Source of the DNA: Scyliorhinus canicula
Lineage: Eukaryota
Reading direction: 5' to 3'
NCBI RefSeq assembly: GCF_902713615.1
Contig: NC_052149.1
Location: 126,545,256 to 126,609,255 of the forward strand
DNA length: 64,000 bases
The position numbers and the translations under genes were made by a program. Of the stretch, positions 62,101-64,000 are shown piece after piece. How positions within the stretch are numbered: the stretch's first letter is position 1; each line of letters begins with the position of its first letter. The notes under the pieces are model-generated. The model saw only the letters and a program-made list of their open reading frames with translations. It did not search any database and had not been told where the DNA came from.

Positions 62101-63952
62101 ACTGGGGGCACTATCCACGAGTAGGGCCGTGGAACAGCTTAGGAAGGCGAGGGGAGTGGTGTACGAGCATGGGGAAAAGGCTAGCAGACTGTTAGCGCAG
62201 CAAGTCAGGAGGAGGGAGGCGGCCAGGGAAATAGGTACAGTGAGGGACGAGGGGGGGGGGCGCAAAGTGGAGGACCCGGCAGGATTGAATAAGGTATTCC
62301 GGGAGTTCTATCTTAAGCTGTATACTTCGGAGCCGCCGGAAGAACCGGAGAGGATGAAAAGGTGTCTGGACGGGTTAACATTTCCAACAGTTGGGGGCGA
62401 GTGGAAGAGCTGGGGGCCCCGATTAGAGTAGAGGAGGTATCGGGGGGCCTTAAGGCCATGCAGTCGGGGAAGTCCCCGGGGCCGGATGGATACCCAGTAG
62501 AGTTTTATAGGAAGTTCTCTGAGCTGGTGGGCCAGGTCTTGGCGAGGGTTTTCAATGAGGCAAGGGACAGAGGGACCCTGCCGCCGACCATGTCACATGC
62601 CACCATATCACTGATATTGAAGCGAGGTAAAGACCCGGAGGCGTTCGGGTCCTCCAGGCCAATCTCCCTGATTAATGTAGACGCCAAGGTCCTGGCAAAG
62701 GTACTGGCAGGTAGAATGGAGGACTGTGTACCGGAGGTGATTGGGGAGGATCAAACGGGGTTCGTGAAAGGTAGGCAGCTGGCCGCCAACCTGAGAAGAT
62801 TACTTAATGTGATAATGATGCCCCCAGTGGGTAGGGAGGTGGAGGCAGTGGTGGCAATGGACGCCGAGAAGGCCTTTGACCGGGTGGAGTGGGGCTATCT
62901 ATGGGAGGTGCTCGAACGGTTTGGGTTCGGGGAGGGATTGGTGGATTGGATCAAATTATTATATCAGGCCCCGAGGGCCAGCGTCAGGACCAACAGAGAG
63001 GTGTCGGAGTACTTTAGGCTGTACCGAGGGACCAGACAGGGCTGCCCGCTCTCCCCGCTGCTGTTTGCGCTGGCCATAGAGCCGCTGGCGATTGCGCTGA
63101 GAGCCGCAGAGGGTTGGAAGGGGATGGTGAGGGGCGGGGTTGAACATAGGGTTTCTCTTTATGCAGACGACCTGCTCCTGTACGTGTCGGACCCAGTGGC
63201 CGGGATGGGAACTATACTGGGAATGCTGAGGAAGTTCGGCCAGTTCTCAGGATACAAATTAAATACGGTCAAGAGTGAAAAGTTTGTGGTCCAGGCAAGG
63301 GGCCTGGAGAACAGATTGAGAGGGCTACCGTTTAGGCTGGTTGAGGAAAATTTCTGGTATTTGGGAATCCAGGTGGCACGAGACTGGGGCAGGCTGCAAA
63401 GTTAAATTTGGCCAGGGTGGTGGAACAAATGTCCCGGGTGCTAAAAACAAGGGTGGTGATGAGTCCAGGGGTGGCAATTTTTGGGGTTTCGGAAGACCCG
63501 GGGGTCCAGGGGGAGAAAGAGGCCGATGTTTTGGCCTTTACTTCCCTGATAGCCCGGCGACGAATATTATTGGCGTGGAGGGACTCAAAGCCCCCGAAGA
63601 CTGAGTGGTGGCTTGCGGACATGTCGAGTTTCCTGGGGATGGAAAAAATTAAGTTCACCTTGAGGGGATCTGTGCAGGGGTTCACCCGAAGGTGGCAACC
63701 ATTTATTGAATTCTTTGCGGGAGAGTGAGCATCAGCAGGGGGTGGGGGGGAGGGGATAGAGTAGAGTAGGTGGGAAAATATGGCGGGTAGTACCGGTGGG
63801 AGAGGAGCGGGCTTGTGCAATATGTTACGAAGGAAGTATTGAAAGTACGTGGATGTTTGCACATTTTTGCCTCTTTTGCTTTCTTTCTGATGATGTCTGT
63901 AACTGTTTATAAAGCCAAAAACTACCTCAATAAAATTGTTTATTAAAAAAAA
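59123..63952 (+). mobile_element. Second L1-clade LINE with both ends intact and an internal ORF2 deletion
   Basis: 5' GGACTTCCGGTGGCGGC. ORF1 ~59592-60385. ORF2 from 61064 (LITWNVKGLN, MDAEKAFD, SLYADDLLLY). Poly(A). TSD AAAAAGGT(A/G)AACCT at 59109-59122 and 63948-63961. Confidence 0.97.
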
Positions 63953-64000
63953 GGTGAACCTGGCAGAAGGCTGTGGGGAGCTGAGGAGGTGAGTAGCCAT

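Noticed and set aside
39366-63405. Active L1 elements or a host reverse-transcriptase gene
   Set aside because: Both copies have frameshifts and stops in ORF1 and ORF2, plus insertions or a deletion. They are non-functional in cis.

Overview
Shark (elasmobranch) genomic DNA, mostly transposon- and satellite-derived. The one host gene I can support is a complete, unrearranged immunoglobulin kappa (shark type III/NS4-like) light-chain cluster on the minus strand. It has a leader exon (54418-54466), V exon (53926-54231) with a consensus 12-RSS, J segment (53488-53522) with a 23-RSS, C exon (49006-49334) and a poly(A) signal (48504-48509). All reading frames are open and all splice sites canonical. 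The rest contains two TSD-flanked L1-clade LINEs, CR1, L2 and Rex1/Babar fragments, many tRNA-headed HE1/V-SINE-like copies, a two-gene PIF/Harbinger family with its MITEs, solo LTRs, and at least nine tandem arrays. The observations most worth following up are: a ~30-unit array of nuclear-receptor DR3 elements 1.0-1.7 kb upstream of the V promoter; a >4.2 kb strand-biased AGCT/GGG array resembling an Ig switch region; a structurally complete Penelope-type minimal hammerhead ribozyme; and a 36-bp satellite whose unit has 12-RSS-like geometry. A 100-N gap at 31824-31923 means linkage of the left half to the Ig cluster is unproven. All family assignments come from motif recognition, not database searches, and transposon boundaries without TSDs are approximate.
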